From positions 15,934,001 through 15,998,000 of the forward strand of contig OX597836.1 in the NCBI GenBank assembly GCA_951406725.2: DNA of 64,000 nucleotides. The letters are read 5' to 3'. Below the pieces are notes generated by a model. That model made no database searches and had not been told where the DNA came from. It saw only the letters and a program-made list of their open reading frames with translations. How positions within the stretch are numbered: position 1 is the stretch's first letter; each line of letters starts with the position of its first letter. This DNA comes from Octopus vulgaris (Eukaryota). This document shows positions 14,157 through 26,972 of this stretch, in pieces. Position numbers and translations under genes: made by a program.

Positions 14157-14811
14157 GAAATGAGGTAATCAGAAGATCGGATGGTTTATATTTATAGATA
14201 TTTATTTATATATTACATTTTTTACATATATATCATATCACTTAGATGATCAGCGCTTTCTCCCATTCTAATATATATATATACATACATACACACATAT
14301 TTATCCATATATATATAGATGTTTGTGCATATATATATATATATGTATATATAAGTCAAAAATAAGGAGTTTGTTGCTCTACGTGGATAATATTTTCAGA
14401 AGTCAAACACATTTGGTAATAAACAAGTGGACAGAAAAACATATACTAAATGCAATGAATGCATGGACGAACAGACAACAGGCACAAAAGGTCATCAAAT
14501 TTCATCAGTTATCGGCCAAAGTATCAAGTGCAATTTTGTGCTATTATTGATAATATTACATCCACCCTGGAGGCAACCAGCAAAACAACTTGCCGGGAAT
14601 GGGACTAAAATATAACAAAATAGGATGGACAAACAAGGAGAAATGACAGACAAAAAATGAAATAAATAAACAAAACATGTCCTTTGGACCAGGTGAAGAC
14701 AACAAAAAATAATAATAATTATATATGCAACAAAAAAATCTATGATCTAGCAGACAGACAAGTGTGGAATAACACAAAGGAGAATAGCATGTTTGACATC
14801 TGAAAAAAAAA

Positions 14812-14855
<44 letters not shown>

Positions 14856-14860
14856 GCATA

Positions 14861-15545
14861 CAAGGTGGCCCAAAAGTCACTGAGGGATTGCAATTTTTGA
14901 TAATTCTTTTATTGTTTGATATTTTCCTTTTCTTTTAAGGTATTTTATGGACTAGATCATGGAAATTAATTATGTAAAAATATGATACTATACAAAGCAC
15001 CCAAGTAGTGAAATTGCTCTATCAAAATCAGGGGTCAGTTATTCAAAACCAGAGAACATATCATTGGCATTTTCAAGTGAGAGATGCCCCAAGGGAAAAC
15101 AATTATGAACTTAGTTCGTCATTTTGAAAAATAAGGGGCAGTAAGTGATCTTCCACGATCTGGGAAACTTTGCACTGTCTGAACTGATGAGGCAAGGGAA
15201 CAAGGATGAGAGAGTATTGAACAGAATCCAGGCACGTCAACTTGAAGACTGCAAAGCGTTCTCAGCAGCCTTAACCTTTTTCCATACAGGATACAGTTGG
15301 TTCAACAGTTGAAGTCCTAGGACTATGAACAGGCTTTAATACGCTGTCAGAATCCAGGAATTGGCACAAGATGACCCAAATCTTACACAAAAATTGATCA
15401 TGTCTGAGGTATGATGAAAAAGGACTCAGGCAAATTAGTCTCCATTATCTCCTCTATACTGAATTAAAATTTCATGCAACTATTTGTAAAAATAAGGAAG
15501 TTATTAAAAGTCAAAACTCCTCAGTGACTTTTCGGGCTTTGTGTC
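14861..15545 (+). mobile_element. Tc1/mariner DNA transposon, internally deleted (maT/DUF4817-like N-terminus)
   Basis: TA then CAAGGTGGCCCAAAAGTCACTGAGG, with inverted CCTCAGTGACTTTTCGGGC at the right end. Broken frames read ...LVRHFEK*GAVSDLPRSG...ESIEQNPGTST...LNLFPYRIQLVQQLK. Confidence 0.75.
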
Positions 15546-15607
15546 TACAGCGGAAAGAATTATTATAATCATTACTTTCATTATTTAAGGGTATATACAA
15601 ATGTCTT

Positions 15608-15919
15608 GTGGAGGCGCAATGGCCGAGTGGTTAGGGCAGCGGACTCGCGGTCGTAGGATCGCGGTTTCGATTCCTAGACCGGGCGTTGTGAGTGTTTATT
15701 GAGCGAAAACACATAAAAGATCCACGAGGCTCCGGCAGGGGGTGGTGGTGATCCCTGCTGTACTCTTTCACCACTCTTTCTCTCACTCTTTCACTCTTTC
15801 TTCTGTTGGCCTGCTCGCTTAGCCAGCGTGGTGGCATCATTCAAAGGCTAAAGCAATGCGAACGCATTGTGACCAGCGATGTGTAGTAACATCTGATGGT
15901 CTGGTCAGTCACGGTGATC
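15608..15919 (+). mobile_element. tRNA-derived SINE, family B (tail type 1) with 11-bp TSD
   Basis: A box TGGCCGAGTGG, B box GGTTTCGATTCC. TSD ACAAATGTCTT at 15597-15607 and 15920-15930. Truncated relatives at 36371-36607(+) and 52810-52918(-). Confidence 0.9.
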
Positions 15920-16185
15920 ACAAATGTCTTACTTTTGGAATCAATGTCTTTGATGCTGGGTCACAACTAGTTTCATTATATATCAAGGATCTCTTGAACA
16001 ATCCCTGCTATTCCTAGCTGAACAAATTTCTGCATTAATGCAATTCTTGTTGTTACTCCAGTCACATTTTTGTTTGTAACAGTACCCAGGGGACCTATTA
16101 CTACTGGCCCCACTTTTGCAGAAACTCTCCTCGGTTTTTGCAGTTATTTACTAAGTCTTGGTATTTTCCTATTTTTACTGATCTC

Positions 16186-16560
16186 AGCCTCGCCTGGCCC
16201 CCGTGCCGGCCGTTGCCAGCCTCGCCTGGCCCCCGTGCCAGTGGCACGTAAAAAGCACCATCCGATCGTGGCCGTTTGCCAGCTTCGTCTGGTCCCCGTG
16301 CAGGTGGCACGTAAAAAGCACCATCCGATGGTGGCCGTTTGCCAGCCTCGTCTGGCACCTGTGCCAGTAGTGGCACGTAAAAAGCACCCACTACACTCAC
16401 GGAGTGGTTGGCGTTAGGAAGGGCATCCAGCCATGGAAACATTGCCAGATCAGACTGGGGCCTGGTGCAGCCTTCTGGCTTCCCAGACCCCAGTTGCACT
16501 GTCCAACCCATGCCAGCATGGAAAGCAGACGCTAAACGATGATGATGATGATGATGATGA
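16186..16560 (+). mobile_element. RTE-LINE 3'UTR copy with three internal GTGGCACGTAAAAAGCACC units
   Basis: Direct repeats of ~55 bp followed by the standard terminus and (GAT)n. Confidence 0.8.
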
Positions 16561-16952
16561 TTAACTGCTACATTCATATCAGCGGACACAGCCTCATCTC
16601 TGATGATGCACTCTTTTTGATAATAATTATTATTATTAACACCAACATCAAAATGAAAATCAAATGGAAATTGTAGTTAAGATACCTTAACACACACATA
16701 CACCCATACAGACACACACACACACACACACACATTAAAGTTATTCAATCGGTGATCCTTCCCTCCAGCTTCACCCGTTTAAGAGTATCTAGGACTACAT
16801 TATCTAATGTGTCTTCACTATATCTAAAACCGTATGATTTGGTTTGAAGGAGATTTCACATTGGTATTTCTAGCATGTCACCAGACCACATAGTGACACC
16901 CTTGGTGGCTGGCTGCATCAAGTGTCATGTGATGTGATACGATAATGAACAC

Positions 16953-17203
16953 CAGTGACATGGAGCCTTCTACTGTGTTGACAGTCATGGGACAAAGCAG
17001 CAGCAGCAGCAGCAATGACAGCAGCAGCAGTGACAGCAGCAGCAATGACAGCAGCAGCAGTGACAGCAGTCCTTGTGTCAGCATGCACAAATGACACAGT
17101 TTTCAGCAGTGAAAATTTAATGCAGCATCACATGGTAGCATCGATCAATATAGAGAGAGACAAATGGGAATCACATGCTACACCGCTACATCACATTCAC
17201 TAT

Positions 17204-17261
<58 letters not shown>

Positions 17262-17269
17262 TGTGCGTG

Positions 17270-17302
<33 letters not shown>

Positions 17303-17555
17303 TTCAGTGACATGGAGCCTTCTGCTGTGTTGACAGTCATGGGACAAAGCAGCAGCAGCAGCAGCAATGACAGCAGCAGCAGTGACAGCAGCAGCAATGA
17401 CAGCAGCAGCAGTGACAGCAGTCCTTGTGTCAGCATGCACAAATGACACAGTTTTCAGCAGTGAAAATTTAATGCAGCATCACATGGTAGCATCGATCAA
17501 TATAGAGAGAGACAAATGGGAATCACATGCTACACCGCTACATCACATTCACTAT

Positions 17556-17558
<3 letters not shown>
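16953..17558 (+). repeat. Near-identical ~254-bp tandem duplication (offset 352 bp) with (AGC)n-rich core
   Basis: 16953-17206 versus 17305-17558. One substitution seen (TCTACT vs TCTGCT). Copies are separated by (GT)n(TA)n. Confidence 0.9.
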
Positions 17559-17608
<50 letters not shown>

Positions 17609-17868
17609 CGGTTTGCTTGACTAAAGGTGGTGTTCCAGCATGGCCACAGTCAAATGACTGAAACAAGTAAAAGAGAGTAAAAGATATATATGTATATATA
17701 TTAGGCGCAGGAGTGGCTGTGTGGTAAGTAGCTTGCTTACCAACCACATGGTTCCGGGTTCGGTCCCACTGTGTGGCACCTTGGGCAAGCGTCTTCTACT
17801 ATAGCCTCGGGCCAACCAAAGCCTTGTAAGTGGATTTGGTAGACAGAAACTGAAAGAAGCCTGTCGTA

Positions 17869-17919
<51 letters not shown>

Positions 17920-18339
17920 GTATGTGTATATGTTTGTGTGTCTGTGTTTGTCACACCAACATCACTTGACAACCTATGGTGGTGTGTTTACATCCCCATA
18001 ACTTAGCAGTTCGGCAAAAGAGACTGATAGAATAAGTACTAGGCTTGAAAAGAATAAGTCCTGAAGTTGATTTGCTCGACTAAAGGTGGGGCTCCAGCAT
18101 GGTCGCAGTCAAATGACTGAAACAAGTAAAAGAGAGTAAAAGTATATATATATTGTATATATATATATATATATATATAAATTGTGTAGCAAGAAGCTTG
18201 CTTCCCAACCACATGGTTCCAGGTTCAGTCCTACTGCATGGCCTCTTGGACAAGTGTCTTCTACTATAGTCTTGGGCTGACCAAAGCCTTGTGAATGGAT
18301 TTGGTAGACAGAAACTGGAAGAGGCCTGTCATATATATA

Positions 18340-19228
18340 CAGGGTACAATGGCTAAATTGTCACCATTTTATATTTTTAATTTTGCGCATGCACATTATT
18401 TGTTTTTGATTTTGTCGACTACACAGTATAGTATGGTCAGTTGGGCACCGTCTGTGAGAAGAACAGCACCATGACACAATTCACTCTGCCAGAAATTTGG
18501 AAACGATAGGCTGTACTGCTTGGCATTCATGCCGGAAGCTCTAATACAAACATTGCAGAGTGTTTGGGTGTCAATCTGAGGACATGTACCAAGAGTGACA
18601 AAAATCAAACATCCAGTCAACATCATAGTGTTTGGAGTGATCACTAGTGATGGCGATGTCATGCCTCTGTTCATCTTCCCATACAGCTTTAAATTAAATA
18701 CAGTGGCTTACATCAAGTGTCTGGAAGAGGCAGTGCTGCCCTGGGTCAAGAGGGTGGTTGCTGGAAGACCCCCATGTCTGGCAACAGGACTCTGCACCAT
18801 ACCACACAAGCAGGAGAACCCAGTCATGGCTGTTAAACAATTTCTTCGAACACTTCACCTCTAACATCTAGCCACTCAGCTCCCCAGACTGCAACTCCCT
18901 TGATTATTACGTGTGGGGTGCAGTTGAGTGAGAGACCAATAAAATTCCTTCTAACACCAAAAATGAACTGAAGGCAAGGATTATGGCAGCATTCACCAAC
19001 TTAAACAAGGAAACCGTCCAAAAGAATTGCAGGAGATTCTGAAGTCATCTGGAGGCTGTGGTTGAAGCCAATGGCAATTTTATTGAATAAATTTACTCTT
19101 TAGTATTTCAAGATATTTTTATGTAATTTTGGTAAATATATCTGTTAAAATGAGATGTCGATGTTATTTTCATTTTGTGTTATTTTCATTATGTGTAATT
19201 TAAATGACAGTGCATTCACCACCCTCTG
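18340..19228 (+). mobile_element. Tc1/mariner DD37D (maT) transposon with pseudogenised transposase, inserted in a SINE
   Basis: TA-CAG...CTG-TA ends. KHPVNIIVFGVITSDGDVMPLFIF...WQQDSAPYHT...SPDCNSLDYYVWG has 37 residues between the second and third catalytic Asp. Stops and frameshifts present. Family A SINE head at 18183 resumes at ~19270. Confidence 0.9.
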
Positions 19229-19472
19229 TATATATATGTATGTATGTGTTTATGTGTGCATGTGTGTGTGTCTGTATTTGTTCCCCCACCATCACTTGAC
19301 AACCAATGCTGGTGTGCTTATGTCCCCATAACTTAGCAGTTCATCAAAGGGACTGATAGAATAAGTACAAAGAATAAGGCCTGGAGTCAATTTCTTTGAC
19401 TAAAACCCTTCAGAGCAGTGCTCTAGTATGGCTCAAACAATTAAAAGAATAAAAGAATATATATGTATATCA

Positions 19473-19537
<65 letters not shown>

Positions 19538-20633
19538 GATCTATCTATCTATCCATCCTTACATGTTAAAAAGGCCAGTTAAAACCCAAACCATTAAAAA
19601 AGAGAATTCATGAGGCACATCATTATAACACTCAAATGACCAAAAATATGAATTAGTTAATCCCAAACTTGATTTTCACTATTAATATCTAGCAGAAGTA
19701 AGAGAGTTATACAAGGTCCAAGAGTTTTGTGCCATGGTACTTATCAAACTAGTCTCAGGTTGAAGGCCTGTGGGTTTATATGGCTGTTGATAAATAAATA
19801 AATATATTTCCCTATGGAATATTCTAGAATGAAATATAATAATGTCACATGGATAATTCAAAAAGTTTGCCTGTTATCTTGTTCAATAAGCAAATACATA
19901 AATAAATAAGAACAGAAATAAAGAGGGAAAAAAGTATATATATACTCATATTTTGAGTTCTATTTTTCCTGTTTACACCAAAATACCTATACATACAAAT
20001 ATACATACATACATACAAACAAACATGCATACATACATACATACAAACATATATATATATAGGGAGAGTTTACGAAAAAAACAAAAGACGAAGACAGGTG
20101 GTGTACAAAACAAACAGATGTATTAGTATAACGCTCAGGAATAGAAAAAGACTTTTATGTTTTGAGCCTACGCTCTTCTACAGAAAGGGACACAGAAAAA
20201 AAATGTGTTTAGTGGTTAACGATCTATCATGGCGTCTGACCATAAAATATTCAACAGGCTTTATTCAGTTTTTATTCAGTTTCTATCTCCTAGATTCATT
20301 CACAAGTCCTTGGTTGGCCATGATCTACACTAAAAGACATTTATTTGTTCATGGTGTCACACAATGGAACTGAACTTAAAGCAAGATGATTACAAAGTGA
20401 ATTTTTTAACTATACATCCAAGTTATATCTCTTATTTTGTTTTTTGCTTATATCTGTTATTTTCAGTACATAGGTGCAGGTGTGGCTGTGTGGTAAGAAA
20501 TTTGCTTCTCAGCCTCATGGTTTTGGTTTCAGTCCCACTGCATGGCATCTTTGAAAAGTCCTTCTATTATAACCCCAGCCACCAACTGAAGCTTTGAGAT
20601 TGGGTTTGCTAGATGCAAACTGAAAGAAGACTG

Positions 20634-20676
<43 letters not shown>

Positions 20677-20796
20677 CATACATACATACATACAACATAC
20701 ATACATACATACATACATACATACACACATACATACATACATACATACATACATACATACATACATACATACATACATACATACATACATGCATGC

Positions 20797-20828
<32 letters not shown>

Positions 20829-21196
20829 CACCATAAAGGCATGGTGGTCACAACTGGAATGCCAATGATCATATGTCTGCTTAGTCAGCACTGACTGACT
20901 AAACAACAAACATAACAACAACAAGAACAGTTACATCACTACCACCACCACCACCACCACCACCACCACCACCACCTCCACTGCTGCCACCATCACCACC
21001 ACCACCACCACCATCACTATACAGTGACAATGATTTAATCTTCCAATCAATAATTGAAGTTGTTGAGTAATAAAGGGATTAACTAATTAGTGTAAGCTGA
21101 TTAGGCTGTAGTAAAGGGGTCGGTCTGGGGAAGGTGTTAGGCATTTTTAATTCAGTTAGTTGAGTAAACAGAGAAGTAATTAATTTAGGCAACACC

Positions 21197-21197
21197 A

Positions 21198-21275
<78 letters not shown>

Positions 21276-21401
21276 ACTACTGTAACAATATTAACTACAA
21301 CTGTGGCAACAACATAGACAACTGCTACTACTACTACTATTACTACCACCACAACCACAACCATAACCAGCAGCAGCAGCAGCACCACAACCACCACCAC
21401 C

Positions 21402-21459
<58 letters not shown>

Positions 21460-21513
21460 TATCCTCTACTACTACTACTATATCTTCTACTACTACTACT
21501 ACTACTATATCCT

Positions 21514-21561
<48 letters not shown>
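21197..21561. repeat. (ACT)n/(ACC)n/(GCT)n compound microsatellite
   Basis: Direct inspection. Confidence 0.95.
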
Positions 21562-21562
<1 letters not shown>

Positions 21563-21564
21563 AC

Positions 21565-22390
21565 TTTTACTTGTTTCAGTCATTAGACTGTGGCCATGCT
21601 GGGGCACTGCTTTGAAGAACTTTTAGCAGAATGAATTGACCCCAGTCATTTTTTATTTTTTCAAGCCTGGTATTTATTCTATTGGTCACTTTTGCTGAAT
21701 TGCTAAGTTATTAAGACATAAACACACCAACACTGGTTGTCAAGCAGTGATGGTGGGACAAACACAGACACAAAAACACACAGACATGATTGGCTTCTTT
21801 CAGTTTCCGTCTACTAAATCCACTCACAAGGCTTTGTTGGCCCAAGGCTATAGTAAAAGACATATGCCTATAGTAAAAGACATAGGCGCAGAAATGGCTG
21901 TGTGGTAAGTAGCTTGCTTACCAACCACATGGTTCCGGGTTCAGTCCCACTGCGTGGCATCTTCGGCAAGTGTCTTCTGCTACAGCCCCGGGCCGACCAA
22001 CGCCTTGTGAGTGGATTTGGTAGACGGAAACTGAAAGAAGCCTGTCGTATATATGTATATATATATAAGTGTGTGTGTATATGTTTGTGTGTCTGTGTTT
22101 GTTCCCCTAGCATTGCTTGACAACCGATGCTGGTGTGTTTACGTCCCCGTCACTTAGCGGTTCGGCAAAAGAGACCGATAGAATAAGTACTGGGCTTACA
22201 AAGAATAAGTCCTGGGGTCAAGTTGCTCGACTAAAGGCAGTGCTCCAGCATGGCCGCAGTCAAATGACTGAAACAAGTAAAAGAGTAAAAGAGAGTAAAG
22301 AGTATGCCTAAGATGCCATACAGTGGGAATGAACCCGGAACCATGTGCTTGGGAAAGAAACCTCTTATCACTCAGCCATGCCCGTGCCTA
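21565..22390. mobile_element. Minus-strand family A SINE interrupted by a younger plus-strand family A SINE (21883-22302)
   Basis: Host copy breaks at ...AAGACA and resumes at TGCCTAAGATGCC. TATGCCTA is present on both sides of the insert. Confidence 0.8.
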
Positions 22391-22489
22391 TATAATGCAC
22401 CTATAATGAAGAATCTAGAAAAATAACTTTTTTGGTCTCCTTGTTATGGGGAAATATTCTTTACAATTAATATATTACAACATCTCTAC

Positions 22490-23685
22490 AAGCCTTTAGC
22501 ATTTAAACTGGCCGTCTCCAGCTCAAATATTCTACCTGTTCTATGTAAACACTAGCCTGATTCAGCCTCTCACACCTACCTTACAATGTCATTCTATGTC
22601 AAGACTATTGAAAAGGTTGCAAGACGCAATGAAAATTTTAGGAAAATAAAAATAAGAAATAAGTGGAAATTTTACCGGTGAGTGTGTTACATTATAAGGC
22701 CCAAAAAGAAAATAACTCTCCCCAGACACAACAGAATATGCTTCAACACACGAACTCACTTAAAGAATCTTGCAGACCAAATCCAAAAATGAAACTTTGT
22801 CATTGTTATGAAGCTAATGTTAAGAACATAAGTTTACATGAAATTTTGATGTAAAATTTTTATTTTGATCACTTTAAAATGAGATGTTTGTATTATAGAA
22901 ACAGAAATGCTTTAAGCGGGAAGTCAGTATTAAAAAAGATAAAAACTAAATTACATAATCTGATACATTTTATTTTCTTTAAATAGAAAGTACGCCAAGA
23001 TATTCTTATTTACTCTAAAGTCTGCTGTGAGTAAAGCCATATTAGGAATCATTATTTGTCCTGCAAGAAATAGAAGCTAAATTTTGTTTAATCCTTTAAC
23101 ACTCAGATTACTCTGTCAAATGTAATACTTATTTTTTCGTAAAGTTTTCAATTAATCATGCATTATTTCATAGCTTCAAGATATTGATGATGTAACTGTA
23201 TACTTTTAGAATGACATTGTAGGGTAGATGTGAGAGGTTGGATCTGGCCAGTTTGGATATAAGGCAAGTAGAATATTTGGGCTGGGTATGACTAGTTTAA
23301 ATGCTAAATGACCAAGGAGGTGTTGCAGTATATAAGCAGCAAAAAGAATAATTCCCTATAACAAGGGGACCAAAAGGTTTGCAAAAGTAAGAACATTGCC
23401 AAGAAAACTTTGGATCTTTTCCTTTTGATGGACGGAATTTCTAGTTAACTAAACAATTTGAAACTTCGTATACTGGTAGAATGTGTCAAAAGAAAACATT
23501 ATTTTCACTTGGCTTTTTTGAGAAAATTGTAATTTGTAAGTTTAACGTAGTTTAATTCTTCGAATTTTAACCAATGAAATGCCAGCATTTGAGCTCAAAT
23601 CATTTGCTGCGTTATCGATATTGATAAACAAACGAGGAGACGCATACACACACACATATATTCAGATACATACACACGTACACTT

Positions 23686-23730
<45 letters not shown>

Positions 23731-24165
23731 CTCTGTCACTCAAACACATGCATATGTGATCCAAAACTTCTTTAACCCTTTAGCATTCAGATTACTCTAT
23801 CAAATGTAATTCTTATTTATTCACAATGTTTTGAATTAGTAATGCATCATCTCATTGCTTTAAGATTTTTATGATGTGATTGTATATTTTTAGAATGACA
23901 TTGTAAGGTAGGTGTGAGAAGTTGGATCTGGCCAGTGTCAACATAAAACAGGTAGAATATTTGAGCTGGAGATGGCCAGTTTAAATGTTAAAGGCTTGTA
24001 GAGATGTTGCAATATATTAGTTGTAAAGAATATTTCCCCTTAACAAGGAGACCAAAAAACTTGTAGAAATAGGAAGATCCATCCACAGTCATCAAGAAAA
24101 CTTCTTTAACTCGTTAGCACTCAGATTACTCTATCAAATGTAATGCTTATTTATTCACCCCAAGA
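22490..24165. mobile_element. Cluster of piggyBac-type MITE copies (22490-22596 reversed, 23088-23310, 23772-23995, 24106-24170 partial)
   Basis: Homologous to the intact copy at 42593-42817, with TTAACCCTTTAGCATT termini. Confidence 0.75.
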
Positions 24166-24169
24166 TTTT

Positions 24170-24447
24170 GAAACTGTGTCTTGGTGGCCCCTGAAGTTGT
24201 GTCTCAGCAACCCCTGAACTTATATCTTGGAAACTGCTGAACATGTGTTTTGGCAACCCCTGAAACTTTATCTTGGTGACCCCTGAAACTGCATATTGGT
24301 GGCCTCTGAAGTTGTGTCTCAGTAGTCCCTGAAATTGTGTCTTGACAGCCTTTAAAACTCTTTTTTGGCAGCTCCTGAAGTTGTATCTCAGTGGTCCCTG
24401 AAACTGTGTGTTGGTGGCCCTTGAAATTGTATCTTGGTGTCTGCCCT
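24170..24447. repeat. 23-bp minisatellite, 12 diverged units
   Basis: Consensus TGAAACTGTGTCTTGGTGGCCCC, with contiguous units and no spacers. Confidence 0.9.
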
Positions 24448-25088
24448 TGTGCTGCCACCCACTTGTGTGACTTAAATCCTTAAAAATAATTCTCAGCTTT
24501 GGTGTGATTAGAACCCACGTCATCATCCACCAAATATGATATGTCTAGTCAAATGTACTGCATCATCTGCACCACTAATCTATATACGAAATATACTGGA
24601 AGATCCAGAAGGATTATCTGTTGCTCATTGTGGATTATCCAGTCTCAGTACAAGTAACTGGTGTCTCTGTTTGAGATTAACCTTCATCAATTCCTCGGAT
24701 TACAGTAATCTTTATTGTTCAACTGTTAATTGAGAGAATAACACTAATAATGATGACAATGATGATAATAACAATAATGATGGTGGTGATGATGATGATG
24801 ATGATGACGATGACGACGACGACGATGATGAAGAGGATCACGATGCATTTGATACCACTTTCTTTAATGGTGACAGTCAACACCACCACCATCGCTACCA
24901 TCATCACCACCACCATCTTCACCACCACTATCACCGCCACCACCACCACCACCACTACTCTCCACAACACTACCACGACCACACTATTTACACGATGAGA
25001 GCTACCATCGAAAAAACATGCATTTATGCACACACACACATACACAAACACTGACACACACATGCATATAGCCTGCACACACACACAC

Positions 25089-25135
<47 letters not shown>

Positions 25136-25150
25136 AGAGATTTATTATTG

Positions 25151-25198
<48 letters not shown>

Positions 25199-25338
25199 AG
25201 ATATAAGTTGCCATTATTGATCACTAAATCCATAAGTTTTTTATTTTCTCTCTGTTTATTTCCTCATATTCCTCTCTGTTGAAGAGCATAGGCTCGAAAC
25301 ATAAAAGACTTTCTCTAACAGCTGGCCTCTCTAGCAAG

Positions 25339-26060
25339 TGGCCTCTCTAGGAAATGGAGGAGGAAAAGATTTCATTACCTTAAGTCAACAAGGATTTGTC
25401 TCCTTTTGACCGCTATTCGTAATTGACCCTTATGGCTTATGGATCCTAGGATGCCAGTTTGAATTTCCTGAAGTGCAAGCAGGGTCCGAAGACCTCCATC
25501 CTGGAGTTAAGGATGTTACCTGGATTGAGGGAACCCTTTAACATCCTTGTCTGTTTAGCTAAGCACAGTTTACAATGCTAGGTCCCATTTATGTTGGGTC
25601 CAGGATTTTCTAGGATCTTCCATGATATTACGTGTGGAGACCTGTCATCTTTCAGCACCACACATGGCTGGCTAAGGATGTAGCGTATCTCCCTTCTGAG
25701 ATCCTGAAAGAGGATCTGTGGTTGTAGAGGCATTGTTTGAACATGCTACTGGAACATCTAATGTATCTGTATGCAGGTGTTGGTGATGTTGTTTCTGTTA
25801 ATGTTGATGCTGCTGCTGCTGCTACAGAAACAGCATCTTCAGGAAATTCCTGCTGGCATCCTGGGATCCACATGCCACCAGGGTCAATTACAAATAGCAG
25901 TCAAAGAGAGACAATCCCTTATTGTTGACCTAGAGTAGGAAAGTCTTTTCTTCCTCCATTTTCTAAAGAGGCCATAGGCCAACAGGCTTAGGGTCTGAAG
26001 AAACACTGTAAAGCTCAGCTCTTTATGGACATGAAACCCAGGGTAACCCCATAGACTGGC
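25339..26060 (-). mobile_element. Penelope-like element: GIY-YIG endonuclease 3' end plus inverted pLTR
   Basis: The minus strand, across one frameshift, reads YIRCSSSMFKQCLYNHRSSFR...ATSLASHVW-LKDD...ISWKILE...HCKLCLAKQ...ILNSRMEVFGPCLHFRKFKL, the typical PLE endonuclease C-terminus. 25339-25473 and 25837-25974 are inverted repeats. Confidence 0.85.
25991..26049 (+). ncRNA. Type I hammerhead ribozyme motif with canonical core in the Penelope pLTR
   Basis: GGGT-CTGAAGA-[stem II TGTAAAG/CTTTATG, base partly decayed]-GAAACCC-A-GGGTA-ACCC. Predicted cleavage 3' of A26045. Confidence 0.7.
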
Positions 26061-26404
26061 CATATCTATCTTTATCTATATATGTATATACTCTATTTGT
26101 GGATTAACCAGGCTATTATTGGTTTCATGTTAAGAGAAATATATCTCTCAACAATTTTCAAGCCTGTTGCTTGGGACGTTGGTGTTTGTCTTTGTCTTGG
26201 ATGAAATTGACATTCTTCTCTTTTTTCTCTGCCTTTCCTATTTATTCACTCCTTCTCACTGTTTGACAATAACATATGTACACACAGACACACACACATA
26301 CACAAACATATCTAACTATCTATTTATACACATATAAACATGTGTGTGTGTGTGTGTGTGTGTGTGAATGGGATTCACAGTGGCAAAGTGGCTGAGTTCT
26401 TTTT

Positions 26405-26711
26405 GACTGTTGGGCCTCATGGAGGCACTGACCGAGACCTTTGGCATTATGTTGTGCTTGAGAAGAAGACCCATCTAGCCAAACAAAATTGCAGTCATGG
26501 CAGATACTGGTGTCACGCAAATGGCACCTGTGCCGGTGGCACATAAAAACACCCATTACACTCTCGGAGTGATTGGTGTTAGGAAGGGTATCCAGTTGTA
26601 GAAAACCATGCCAAAACCGTCTGGTGCAGCCTTTCAGCATGCCAGCCCCGTCAAACCATCCAATCCATGCCAGCATGGACAACGAACGTTAAATGATGAT
26701 GATGATGATGA
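26405..26711 (+). mobile_element. RTE LINE 3' end (ORF2 tip plus 3'UTR)
   Basis: LGLMEALT-RDLWHYVVLEKKT followed by the common 3'UTR and (GAT)n. Confidence 0.7.
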
Positions 26712-26848
26712 TATCTATCTATCTAACTATCTATCTACACCAATATAAACATGTGTGTGTCTATGTGTGTGTATATACGTGACCTCGTGTGTAGCGTTGG
26801 GGATTTTTTTCCTCTGTCTTCCCTTCTCTGGATCTTTCCTTCTCCTAT

Positions 26849-26883
26849 GTTTCCGACAAAGAGCTCTGCTCGAAACGTTAAAC
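26849..26883 (+). ncRNA. Degenerate minimal hammerhead-like motif (CCGACAA core) in a related ~200-bp element (26780-26978)
   Basis: GTTT-CCGACAA-A-GAGC tct GCTC-GAAACGTT-AAAC. The element ends in (TA)n. Confidence 0.4.
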
Positions 26884-26972
26884 CTTCCTTCTTTCCTGAG
26901 TGTCCAATAATACTATATTTGTTCCACGTCCTTGCATTGTTGTGTTTTTTTTGTGCTTTCTTGTTTGGATTA

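Noticed and set aside
15608-15685. Genuine tRNA genes at SINE heads
   Set aside because: A and B boxes are present, but the acceptor stems are incomplete, there is no oligo-T terminator, and the heads continue into TSD-bounded SINE bodies.
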